Origin: Scyliorhinus canicula
Lineage: Eukaryota
DNA: 64,000 bases
NCBI RefSeq assembly: GCF_902713615.1
Contig: NC_052158.1
Span: forward strand, 13,388,546 to 13,452,545
Direction of reading: 5' to 3'
Below, piece by piece: positions 52,501 to 63,741 of the stretch (the stretch's first letter is position 1; the number at the start of each line of letters is the position of its first letter). The position numbers were made by a program, and so were the translations under genes. The notes under the pieces were generated by a model. It saw only the letters and a program-made list of their open reading frames with translations, did not search any database and had not been told where the DNA came from.

Positions 52501-53700
52501 TCCTGATTTATTTTCTGCAGCAGATCTTGACTATTGCTAGCGGACCGGTACATAACTCCCACCATGGTCCTTTTACCTTTTCAATTCCTCAACTCTACCC
52601 ACAGAGATTCTATGCCTTTTTATCCTATATCGCTTCCTGCTGTCGCTTTAATTTTATTAATTACTAACAATGCAACCCGTTCCTCTCTGCCCATATGCCT
52701 GTCCTTTTGATACGTCCCAGCCATGATCCCCTTGCAGCTACGTCTCCGGGATGTCCACAACATCTACCAGTCAATTTTAATATGCGCAACAAGCCCATTT
52801 ACCTTGTTCCATACACTGCATGCATTTAGGTACAGCACCCTCAGCCCTGCATTGACTACCATCCTTTTCATATTTGTCACTTTGTTTGCTCTGGCTGAAG
52901 TCGAATTCTTGTCACTATGTAAACTCACCGTTTTGTTACATGTTCTGGAAACATTGCTAGCTTCACCTGAGCCCGTGGCTCATTTAACTAGTTTGAAGTC
53001 CTTGTCATTCACCAACACATGTACCTTCTCCTTTAGCATTGATTTCCTAATTTTGCATGCAACTGAACCCTCCATCCACTATTTAGCTTTAAGCCCCACC
53101 TACAGCCCGAGCTATGTGATTCACCAGGAATCTGATCCCATGATTCACATGAAGACAGTCTCATCGTATCGGGTCCCCTCTTCCCCAGTACAGGTGCCAA
53201 TGTCCCGTGAATTCAAAACCATTTCTCCCAAACCAATGTTTGAGGCACAAATTTACTTTGTTAATCCTATTCATCCGATGCCAATTAGCTGGTGGCTCAG
53301 GTAATAATCCGGAGATTATTACCTTTTTGTTTCTGCTTTTTAATTTAGCTCCTAGCATTTCATACTCTCTTAGCAAAACATCTGTCCTGTTCTACCTCTG
53401 TCGTTGGTACCTATGTGGACCACGACAACTGGATATTTACCCTCCCACTCCAAGTTCCTCGACAACCCAGGTGAAAAATCCCGAACCCGAGCACAAGGCA
53501 GGCAACACAACCTTCCGAATTCTCGATCCTGGTCACATAGAAGTGTCAATGCCCCTAATTATACTGTCCCTAAGTACCACTCCATTTCTTTTCTCACCCC
53601 CACTTGAATGGCTCCCTGTACCACGGTGCTGTGGTCAGTTTGCTCATCCTCCTTGCAGTCCCCGTTCCTGTCCACAAAGGAACAAACATCTACAACCTGT
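49560..53700 (-). mobile_element. Second degenerate CR1 LINE nested in the Gypsy; contains an HE1 fragment (about 49775-49990) and a short LTR-like insert (about 50070-50290)
   Basis: SGVPQGLLLGP, FVKGRSCLTNLLEFFE, NSPGPDG, ILDLVMCNEAD and ORF1 esterase-like VIISGLLPEP motifs. Confidence 0.88.
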
Positions 53701-53858
53701 TGGACCTCCTTGAATGTCCCATTTCCTCCTGCGCTCTTTGAATCTCCGGCTCCTCTCGCCCTCCTTGAATCTTCCAGCTCCTCTCACCCTGCTTGAATCT
53801 CTCCACCCCTCTCGCACCCTTTGAATCCCCGGCTCCTCTCGCACTCTTTGTATCTCCC
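53700..53858. repeat. 27-28-bp tandem repeat, about 6 units
   Basis: ttgaat recurs at 53710, 53738, 53765, 53793 and 53821, with ttgtat at 53848. The unit is approximately ctcctctcgcaccctttgaatccccgg. Confidence 0.85.
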
Positions 53859-53864
53859 AGAGAG

Positions 53865-54270
53865 CTAGGTGAAAGCTGAGGTATTAGTGACTGGTATATG
53901 TGGAGGCTGTAGCCCAGTCCTACTGTATAAAGTGCAATTTGGGTGCGGTTTCGTGTCAGGTCCAGTAGTTGTCAGAGTGGTAAAATAATTCCCAGTGGAA
54001 GGAGTAGACTTAGTTTTTGGGAATGATTTGGCGAGACTGGAGGTTGTAGCTTCACCCATGATTACAGAGAGTTAAGAGGAAGTACTGCAGATAGCACATG
54101 GCACGTCAAACGTAGGGCAGGTGAGAGTTGAGGAAACCCATTGGGCAGGGAATGACTCAAAGAAAGAAATGTTAACAGACGCTGTTCACATATCAGACGA
54201 CAGTAGTATTGAACCAGATTCTGACAATTCTAAGACTGAAGGTGACCATCCGAAAGAGGAATCCGAATTT
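53865..54270 (+). mobile_element. Gypsy retrotransposon continuation (protease-adjacent region)
   Basis: Translation across frameshifts resembles VLVTGICGG..VLLYKV..VSGPVVV.V..PVEGVDLVFGNDLA, a Gypsy protease C-terminal motif. Confidence 0.75.
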
Positions 54271-54279
54271 TAGTGTGAA

Positions 54280-54802
54280 AGTGTCCAATATCTCCATAAT
54301 TTGCTGACAGTCGTGCCACTGACCGAGGGCTTCTGTCAGGGCCTGGGGGATTAGTGGGGGTGGCTCGGCATTGGGCTGTGAGGTCTGAGTGGATAGGCAT
54401 GGACCATTGCCACGACCTTCAAGGCAGCCATACAGCTGCGTACTCCCCACTAAGAACCAAGCACCACAGGTTGCATGGGTCCCCCACAGGGCCCCTCCCC
54501 TCCTCCTTAGGTATGCACAGGACCCAACCACCCCATCAGTGTGTTTGGTGCGCTCTAGCGCAACATGTGCCATCGTGTTGGCTGGGATGAGTGAGTGGAG
54601 TGTCGGGAGTGAGGTGTGTACATGTGGCTGAAGATTGTCAGGCTCCCGAATGTCAATCATGTATCAGGAAAATCCCGCACCATTTTTCATTGGAATGGAC
54701 TCTGTTCCACGTGGCGCCGGTGCTAGCCCCCCCCCCCCCCACCTCCCACACTCCCGTCACCCCCCGGTTGCTGGATTAGTCCCAGGAGCAGAGAATCCAG
54801 CC
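54280..54802 (-). mobile_element. Harbinger-type element 5' end (minus orientation)
   Basis: TIR-like gagaatccagcc at 54791-54802. 54570-54802 is an imperfect reverse complement of 54819-55025. Confidence 0.7.
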
Positions 54803-54818
54803 ACAAGTGTTGAAGTCG

Positions 54819-56608
54819 GGGCAGGATTCGTGGACTTCTACAATAGCAAAACGGACACCCCTCGTGAACCGATTCACTGATTGTTAAGTGGCCAGCGCCA
54901 AGTGGAACACAATTTATTCCAATAGAAAACAGTGCGGGATTTTCCAGGTTGACACTCAGGAGGCTGACAAGCCACATATAGGCACTTCACTCCCCACACA
55001 CCCCATTCCCGGCCAACAAAATGGCTGCAAGAAGAGGGGCATCCCATTTTACGGATGTCGAGCTCGAGACCTTGATAGACACCATAGAGGAGAGTTGGGC
55101 GAGTCTGTATCCCGGGCTGGGAAGGATGCTGGCAGCCACCGCCATTCACCAGGCCTGTGTGCAGATGGCAGAAGTCATCAACACCATTTTCAGTTGCTTC
55201 ATCAATGACCTTCATCAATCATCAGTTCAGAAGTGGAAATGTTTGCGGATGACTGCACAATGTTCAGCTCCATTTGCGACTCCTCAGCTAGTGTTATAGT
55301 CCACGTCCAAATGCTGCAAGACCTGGCTAATATTCGGGCTTGGCTGACAAGAGGCAATTTACATTTGCACCACACAAGTGCCAGGGCAATGGCCATCTCC
55401 TATAAGTGAGGATCTAACCACCGCCCCTTGACATTCAATGGCATTACCATCACTGAATTCCCCCACAATCAACATCCTGGGGGTTATCATTTAACAGAAA
55501 CTGAATTGGACTGGCCATATTAATACTATGGCTAACAGGGCAGGTCAAAAGCGAGGAACCCTACATCGAGAAACTCACATCCTGACTCCTCCAAAGGATG
55601 TCCATTATCTATATGGCAAAAGTCAGGACTGTAATGGAATACTTTCCATTTGCCTGGATGAGTGCAACTCCATCAACACTCCAGAATCTCGCAGCAATCC
55701 AGGATAAAGCAGCCCGTTTGAATGCTACCCCTTCCACAAACAATCAAACCGTCCATCACTGATGAACCGTGGCAGCCATGTGCACTACAAAATGCATTGC
55801 AGTAAATCACCAAGCTTCCTTAGACACCACCTTCGAAACCGACGACCACTACCACCTAGAAGGACAAGAGCAGCATACACCTGGAAACCCCAGCACCTGG
55901 AAGTTCCACTCCAAGTCACTCACCACCTGGACTTGGAAATATATCGCTGTTTTACCACTGTCGCTGGGGCAACATCTTGGAACTTCATCTGTAACAGCAG
56001 ACTGGGTGTCCCTACACCTCAATATATTCAGTGCATCAAAGCGGCCACTGACTGCCACCTTCTGAAGGGCAACTAAGAATGGGCAATGAATGCTGCCCGG
56101 AACAGCAGAGTCCATATCCTGTAAATTAATTGTTCAAGAACGCCCCTTCTGGGGCTTCACCTGACCTCTGCCCCACGGCCCGTCATCCTGTCAGCCTCCC
56201 TCCCCCCTTGCCCTAGACCCCCCCGCCAGGCCCCACCGACGCAGCCAGCTTGGCCAGTGTCAGGACTGATAGCCCACTATATTGCCACTGCATGTCCTCG
56301 GTCCTCCCTCTCACTTATCATCCAGGACACATGTTTCTCGACTTTTAATAGCACAAGTGAACTTCGCCATTGGGAGTTCCCGTCACTAGGTGAAAGGTGA
56401 AGAAACAGTAGGCCTCGCGGAATGCCGGGTCAGGTCCGTTAATGATATGCAAATTGGTTTGGTGCACAGATGGGGTGGAATGCATTGACGCACCGCAGAA
56501 TTGCAATTCAGCATGAATCCGGCGTCTGCCATGAATTCAGCATGAACACTGATTCTCAGTCAAATCGCCTTTCCGAATTTCGGTGTGGGCCGAAAGAGAA
56601 TCCTGCCC
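54819..56608 (+). mobile_element. Harbinger-type element with a Myb/SANT-like ORF start, interrupted by a LINE 3' fragment (about 55190-56110)
   Basis: TIRs gggcaggattc (54819) and gagaatcctgccc (56596-56608). ORF 55021 begins MAARRGASHFTDVELETLIDTIEE...LYP, a Myb/SANT-like first helix. Confidence 0.72.
55190..56110 (+). mobile_element. CR1/L2-group LINE 3' fragment (second family)
   Basis: FSCFINDL and LRMTAQCSAPF (degenerate FADD) motifs, tail caccttctgaagggcaactaagaatgggcaatgaatgc. Related fragments on - at 43280-43630 and 62750-63170. Confidence 0.75.
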
Positions 56609-56804
56609 AAAGATCTAAAACTGGAAACGTAAAGTCGACTATTTATTCAAAACCAAAGCAAGTATCGTACGTGATGAAAAGAGGAGAATGGGAATTAGAG
56701 AACTGGAAATATAAACGGCAGGAAGTATAAGAAAAACACCTCAAACAAAAGGGGTGGCACGTCAACACAGTGTTATCTACTGCTGCTCACCGCGCCAGGG
56801 TCAT

Positions 56805-57458
56805 GGGGCAGGATTCTCCCAAAGGGAGTCTAAGTGCCGGCGCCGGAGTGAAAACCGGAGTGTTCCACTCCGGCATCGGAGCCCGCTCCCAGCCCCCTCT
56901 TCTCCTGCCCCCAGGGGGCTAGGAGCTGCAACGTGTACTTTACGTGCGCTGGGCCTGGCGCTGCGTAAAAAGCGGCGCTGCATAAATGACACAGCCGGCA
57001 TCATGCAAATGACGTCACCTGCGCATGCGTGGTTGCCATCCTCCCCAAGGCCGCCCCGAAAGAGGATGGCGGATGGATTTTGATGGGCGGAAATGAGGTC
57101 CTCCTTTAGAGAGGCGGTCTCGCCGATCGGTGGGCCAGACCCATTGGAGGTCCCCGCATGCAGGATCCCCCTCCTCTCCTCCCACAAGCCACCCCCAGCA
57201 TTCCCACGCAGTTCCCGGCCGGAGCGACCAGGTGTGGGACGGCGCCGGCGGAAACCTGTCATGTTCGTGCGGATGCTCGGCCCATCTGGGCCAGAGAATT
57301 GCCGCTCGCCTTTGCAAACGGCGAGCGGATTCTCCGTGCGGCCAGGCATGATTCTCGGGGCACTGGTTTGGGGGGAGGTGAGAGGAGTGGGCGGGACTCA
57401 CGCAGCGCCCTGGCGATTTTTCCCACCTGGCGTGGGGGGGGGGGGGGGGATTCCACCC
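56805..57458. mobile_element. Non-autonomous Harbinger-like MITE
   Basis: Left end gggcaggattctccc, right end gggggattccaccc, and a 3-bp ATG on both flanks (56802-56804 and 57459-57461). GC-rich with internal hairpins. Confidence 0.7.
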
Positions 57459-57539
57459 ATGGATTCCGACCTTAGGTGTCTGTTTGGTGGTCCAATGATC
57501 TCCCCATGTGGATTTCCTCCAGGTGCTCTGGTCTCCTCC

Positions 57540-57725
57540 CTCAGTCCAAAGGAGTGCAGAAAAGGTGATGGGCCGCACTAAATTGCCCCTTTGTTTTCAA
57601 AGATTAGGTGGGGTTATGGAAATAGGGCGGGGATGTGGGGCATGAGTAGGGTGCTGTTTTGGAGGGACGGTACTGACTCGATGAGCCAAATGACATTGTT
57701 CTGTACTGTATGGATTCTATGTCTT
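57540..57725 (+). mobile_element. HE1 SINE 3' part
   Basis: agtccaaag...ctaaattgcccc...gactcgatgagccaaatg...ctgtatggattctat. Confidence 0.75.
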
Positions 57726-58639
57726 AGCGTCTGTAATATTTATCGTCCTCAGGCGAAATGTGATGAAACAACACGAGATAATTGGCTCAGAATGCTCAAG
57801 GTTAAAGTTTTATTGCAATTTTTCCTTTCATTATATTTACCATCGCACATTAAGATTAATTGCAAATGCATAATATCTATTTCGGCATTAAAGATAAATG
57901 AAACAATATATGAGAACAAAGCTTTATTCATGATTGAAACTGTTCGCAGGTCAAAAGATGGAAGTACGAGGCGCGTCTGTCATACCATGTTACACAGAGT
58001 GGGATGTGACTCCGTTTAACTGCCGTAAATTGTTACAACAAGTCAAAAAGAATATTGGTTGTGTGACAGTAGCATTTTCCTGTCATTTTCAGACAGGAGC
58101 CTTAACTAGATGAGCTAGCAAATGTAATCAGCTTGCAATATTGAATGGCCGCGTGGTTTCCAAGCTACGCAGCTAAAATTCCTTTGGAAGGTTAAACTGT
58201 ACTTGTCACATTGTTCGAAAAAGATGACACATGCAGAGAATCAAAATTTAGCACGATGCGATCCTAGAGCCTGGAGCTTCAGCCTGCAACAGGCAGCGGA
58301 TTGTGTCTGTAAACACAGTTCACGAAAGTGAATGTTGCAATGCTTACTACTGCGCAAGTATACACGATATAATATACATTTATTGACATCTTTACTGGAT
58401 GTTTTAATTTCGTGGAAACAGTCGGTAGGGATGCAGGGAAGAATTACGGCGTACTTTTTCTTCCACTTTTGCAATGGAACTATCTGTGTCAACCAAGAAA
58501 GCCTTTCATTCACATCTCCATTCATTTGACAAGATTTATGTTCAGGCTTCTTTGCCTGTTTTATTGGTCACATAAAACTGGTCCATAAAAATGGTCCATA
58601 CGTTTCTAAAATACCTCTCATGCCAGTAGCCTTGGGCAG

Positions 58640-59130
58640 GTTAGAGTGTGGATGATTGGGAATTTCCGTGTCTCAGAGTAATGTTACATATAAAGCAGGA
58701 CGAAGCAATCTAGGATCTAAGAATGGAATAATAGAAACGGAACTCTTCGAATTTAAAAGATTGAGAAGTGGCCTTAAAGAAACATACAAGGGGGTCTTAA
58801 CAGAATGGAGGACTGAAAGGATGTTCCTTTGTGGGAGAGACCGGCAACTAGGGGATACAGTATAAGAAAAGGGGTTTGCATTCCAGGTGGAGTAGAGAAG
58901 ATTTATTGTTTTTCTCCCAGAGAGTCGTGAGCTCCTGGAACTCTTTTACAGGAAGAACAGTGGAGACGGCGTGAATTAATATACTGAAGGCTGATTTAAG
59001 ATAGATGGTTGACTAACAAGGGAGTCTAAGGTTATCGATGGTCGGTGGACTGTGGAATTGGGACCATAGACAGATAAGCACTGATCAAATCTAGTGGTGG
59101 AGCAAGCTCGAGGGGCTGAATGGCCCCTCG
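58640..59130 (+). mobile_element. Old CR1 3' fragment
   Basis: KRLRSGLKETYK motif and the tail ggagcaagctcgaggggctgaatggcc. Confidence 0.75.
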
Positions 59131-59147
59131 AGCTTGTATAGAAATTA

Positions 59148-59295
59148 ATTTATATATATGTATACACACATTTCTATATATACAATATATAATATATACA
59201 TTTATATATATATTATATATATATATATTTGACTACTTAAGTCCTCTTTTTAAAATGTCAGTCTCCATATATACTATATATATATAGAGAGAGAC
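59148..59295. repeat. (AT)n-rich low-complexity tract ending in (AG)n
   Basis: Seen directly in the sequence. Confidence 0.9.
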
Positions 59296-59491
59296 AGCAG
59301 CAAGAGAATGAACAAAATGAGCGCCACATATACCCAAAATAAATATCATGTATTACTTGGAATGCTATTAACAAGCCTGCAAGATTCGGTCTTACGTTAT
59401 TATCTTCAGTACTTCCTTTATATGGAGATATTATGCTGTTCTCTGTAGAAGTCGCCCGGTTCAGTTTCTAATCCTCTTTTTTGTTCTTCAG

Positions 59492-59581
59492 GGAAATGCT
59501 GACGTGCCTCTTAAATGGCTGTAAAACAGCATGGTTCCCTACTGTGTTCCACAAATAACTTTGTTGCAGAACAGGCAGGGG
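59492..59581 (+). other. Candidate 90-nt exon with strong splice sites
   Basis: Acceptor ctcttttttgttcttcAG (59490-59491) and donor GGG|gtaagt (59582). All three read-through frames contain stops. An internal ATG at 59515 gives MAVKQHGSLLCSTNNFVAEQAG ending in phase 1. Confidence 0.35.
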
Positions 59582-60149
59582 GTAAGTGCAGTGGCGTATT
59601 GCAAATTTCGCTGTCAAGTTCAACGAAGTGGATTTTTATATTTCTGTTCCTTAGTAATGCAGAAGTCATACTCTGTGTTTATTTGCACATTTTAACTGTT
59701 CTTATTGTTTAATTTGAAGAAAAATGTTGAATGTTGTTAATTGATACATGGCATGTGAGCATCGCTGGCAATTTCAGCATTTGTTGTCCACCCCCGAACA
59801 TTCCTTGAACTTAGAGGTCCATTAGACCATTTAAGAGGGTCAGGTACATCACTGCAGGTCTCAACGCATATGTAGGCCAGGCTGGGTTAGGCTGGCAGAT
59901 TTAACTTGCTAAAGGACATTCGTGAAACAGAATTGTGTTTAGGTCAATTGACGAGAGTTTTGTGAGCTTCATTACTGAGATAGCTTGATATTCCAGATGC
60001 TATTAATTAGTTAACCGCATGTAGTTTAACTTATATGCCCAGTGCAATAATGTTAAGGTAGAATACTACGGATGTTGGAAATATGAAACAGAAACAGAAT
60101 GCTGCAAAAACGCAGCAGGCCAGACAACAGCTGAGGAGTGATAAATAGA

Positions 60150-60440
60150 GGGCGGCAAGGTGGCAAAAGACTTAGCGCTGCTGCCTTACAGCGTCAGGAC
60201 CAGAGTTAATTCCGGCCGTGGGTGACTGGGCGCAGTTCAAACATTCTCGCCCTGTCTGCACGGTTTTCATCCGGCTGCTCCGCTTTCCTCCCACGGTGCT
60301 AAATGTGCAGATTGGGTGTTTAGGCCATGATAAATTGCACCTTAGTACACAGTTTTCTTTACGGGTTCTGGATCTAGAGCCGGGTGGACGGGCAAGGGTG
60401 GAGTGTTCAACGACTCTTTCTGCACTGTATGATTCTATGA
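60150..60440 (+). mobile_element. HE1 SINE inserted in a Penelope-type fragment (about 60065-60149 plus 60441-60480)
   Basis: HE1 head gggcggcaaggtggc and tail ctgtatgattctatga. The flanks join into a gcagcaggccagac...gagttaacgtttcgagtc repeat. Confidence 0.7.
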
Positions 60441-61529
60441 GAGTTAACGTTTCGAGTCCTTGTGCCTGCTCTTTAGCTCTTTTTTATTCTGGGAGTAAGC
60501 CACCGCCTTCATTAATGCGTTTCTGTAAATAGTGCTTACATTTAATAGACTATTAACTTGCAATATATGTCAACGGTAAATGCTCATGAATATATTGGAA
60601 GATTAATCCTACCTAGGGCAAATAAAACCTGATCTTGTCAGCAACGCCCAATCCCTTAAAGGAATAAAATATATGTATTAAGCAACAATTTTATTACAGC
60701 CTATTCGTCTCCGCTCTTTATTGATGCTCGATTCGTCAATGACTCAATGCTTCCTCGTGCTAACCCAACACCGCCTGACAGCTCGTTCAGCTGGCCATTC
60801 CATCATTACCTGTCTCTAATCTGTACCACAGTCCACCTAAACACAGATTTGAGTCAGAATTTTGGTACATTCCTCCTTAACTTCGAAATCCCACTCATGA
60901 AACCCTTCCCCTTTCAGGTTTGTTACTCTCTGTTCGACCCCTGCTAAAACTGACCGTACAAGGTATTAGTCAATTCGCGATCTTCTGTGTTCGGTTCAGA
61001 GAGCGTCCCACAAAACATCTCTGATGCGCCCTTGGACTGGAATGTACAATAAATGGGTGCAATGGCCATCAGGGACACAGAGCACACGGAATTACGTCTG
61101 AATACTCGTGTATTGCATGCCTGATTGTCCGTCTATCCGAAATGAATATTCGCCGCATTATTTTGAAAGCTTCTCATCGCTGATGGGAAAGGTGATAGGT
61201 TTAAGTCCCAATTGGTCACAGTATTCAAAGCATTGCTCCAGGCAGAAACAGGGTTCCTTGTTAGAGAGGCTATTTTGTGGACAGAGGCTGAAGCGGTACC
61301 TCTTGGCCCTTTCGGGCGGAAGAATGGTTGGTAAGCACAATTTCTGATTAACTGGCAAGTATGTGCCCCGAATCTGTCCATTGTCACTGAGTTCTCTACA
61401 CTGAAACAATCACTGTACTTCAGAACGTACGTATAAGCTCAATCGGAACTTGTGTGATATAAAAGGTGCTTTGAAGTGCAAGCCTATTTTTAGAGCCATG
61501 GCAGTCATCACGTATATATGTAATGTCTG

Positions 61530-61990
61530 TACAATGCATAGGCACACAGAAACGTAGGAGTCGGAATAGACTATGCAGTCCTTCTAACATCTTTGGCCAT
61601 TCAATAAGATCATGGCTAGAATCTTGTGGGCTCAATTCTCGCCGCCTAGTCTCCAATAAATCTTGATTCTCTTATTCATCTGAAACCGGTCCAATCCGTC
61701 TTGATAAATCCAATCCAAGACTCAGCCTCCATTGATTTTCGGGAAGAAAATTTCACATCCCAACGACACTCCGGGGGAAAGATTCTCCTAATTACCATCT
61801 TCAAGACCCCGTATTCTGAAACTGTGTTCCCATGGCTCTAATTTCTCCCAAAAGTGAAAACATCCTCCCGGTTATAAAAGCGAAAGAAACACCCCCAGGA
61901 TTCTGCATGTATCAATTAGGTGACCTTTTACCCATCTAAATTCCAGTAAGTATAGGCTCAAACTGTCCAACCTCATTACATTGAACTTGC
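61530..61990 (-). mobile_element. Old CR1 3' fragment
   Basis: The tail gtaggagtcggaatagactatgcagtcc...ggccattcaataagatcatggct. Confidence 0.7.
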
Positions 61991-62429
61991 GGGTCAACAT
62001 CCCGAAAGTGGGTTATCAAAAATATATAGGAATAATGTTAAGTATATGGTTTTCCGATCACCGTAACTGTGACAGATATCCACAAAAAGGCTGAGTATCG
62101 CCGAAGTATGTCGAAATTAATAGTACAACATGGTCAGTGACCCCTACAAGTTCATCATGGGTTATTCATCCTAGAGTGGTTCAACTTTTATGCCCGGGGT
62201 GTCTGCAGCTTTTCACTGACCTATGGCCATCGAGTGGGCGAAAGCCACGGAATTTCTCCTGCACTTATGCAAAACAAATGACAACCTCAATTATAGATTG
62301 CCTTTTCAGAAAGTAAAGTTCCGGTGTGAAGAACTTTCGGTTAAAGCGGCAGAACTAAATGCAATTAAATTTGTAGTTGAAAATCTTGTCGTTCATTATT
62401 GCATTCACAGGAAAGAATAGAATCATGTA

Positions 62430-63170
62430 CTCAGAGATATCATCCGTGTATTGCTGATATCTGGTAAGTCGTGGAATTTGTGGAACAACCTCTTTACATT
62501 CGTTGATGAGATGCTGGTTGTAATGTCTCAGGCAAGTAAGCATTCAGCAGCGATGTCTGGAGCAAGTTTATTCAGTTTACGATACACTCCGGCACTCCCC
62601 GAAGACTGTCCCACCCTCGCGCTCGTCCACCTGGGCCAAGGGTGTTTAGAACAGAGGGCTTAGCTCTACACCTCATCTGGGTAGATCATATCCAGGTGAT
62701 GTCGCAGGGAATCGGATGACTGCAGATCCCTGGCCTTCTGTATGATTATAAACACGGGCCTCACAGGTAAGGCCCGCATTTATTGCATTCTTCTTGAGAA
62801 AGTGGCAGTGTGCCGCCATCCCGAATTGCTGCAGTCCTTCTCATTAAGGTATATCTTTGTACTGTTCAGTGGAGTTCCAAGATTCCCATGCAGTGATATG
62901 GAGGGGTCGACATATAGTTCCAAGTCCGGATGCTGTGCATCCAGGAGGTTAGATATATATGTGCTGCAGTTACTCTGCATCTGGTGCCCTTTTCTCTGGA
63001 GGTGTGAGAGGTCGCAGGTTCAAAAGGTGCAGTTGAAGGACGCTCGGAGAGTTGTTTCAATAGATACTACTCACTGCTGTAGCGATGTGCCAATGGTAAA
63101 GGGACTGAATGTTTAAGGTGATGGATAAGGGTGCCGATATAGCAGGGTGCTTCGTCCCCAATGGTTCCAA
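62430..63170 (-). mobile_element. LINE 3' fragments
   Basis: 62750-63170 is a reverse-complement relative of 55700-56110. Confidence 0.65.
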
Positions 63171-63741
63171 TCTTCGACAGTGTTCTTCAGCCGCATTCAT
63201 TTAGATAAGTAGGGATTGTTCCATCCCTCTTCTGACTTGTTTATTTCAAATGTTTTGGGAAATGGGGGGTTTGTTACGCACTGCAGAATCCGAAGCCTTT
63301 GACACTCCCCTGTAAACACAGCACTTGTTTTATGAATTCATGGGATGTGATCGTCTGGCCACGCCAGAATTTATTGCTCAACCCCAATAGCATTGGAGAA
63401 GGATTTGATTAGCTGCCTTCCTGAGATACGAAGGAGAAAAGGAAATGTGCAGTTGAGCCCACAGTTATATCAGACATGATATAGTCTTACGGCAGAGGTA
63501 TTTCCTTCTGTTCCTAATTCCTGTTCTTGTGGAATGATCAGTTATGGTGCCGACGTAATCAGCCGCCTGAATGTTATCAGACCTCACACCCCTGTCCCTA
63601 TTCAATGTTTTCAGAAATTTCTCGATAACAGGTAGATTGAATCGAGTTAGCTGAAGTAACATGTGCGATTGCTTGGACATTAGCAATTCGTTGATGGATC
63701 ATCCATTCTGCACAGCTGGCTGAATATGGTCAGACATATTT

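Noticed and set aside
58252-58386. AYYCAS motif on the + strand
   Set aside because: The frame is bounded by stops (58249, about 58384) and lacks the B-strand Cys, the Trp and the D-x-x-x-Y spacing, so it is not a V exon.
60918-60962. Plus-strand 45-nt phase 1-1 exon candidate
   Set aside because: It lies in sequence that looks like a decayed repeat, and the donor is only moderate.
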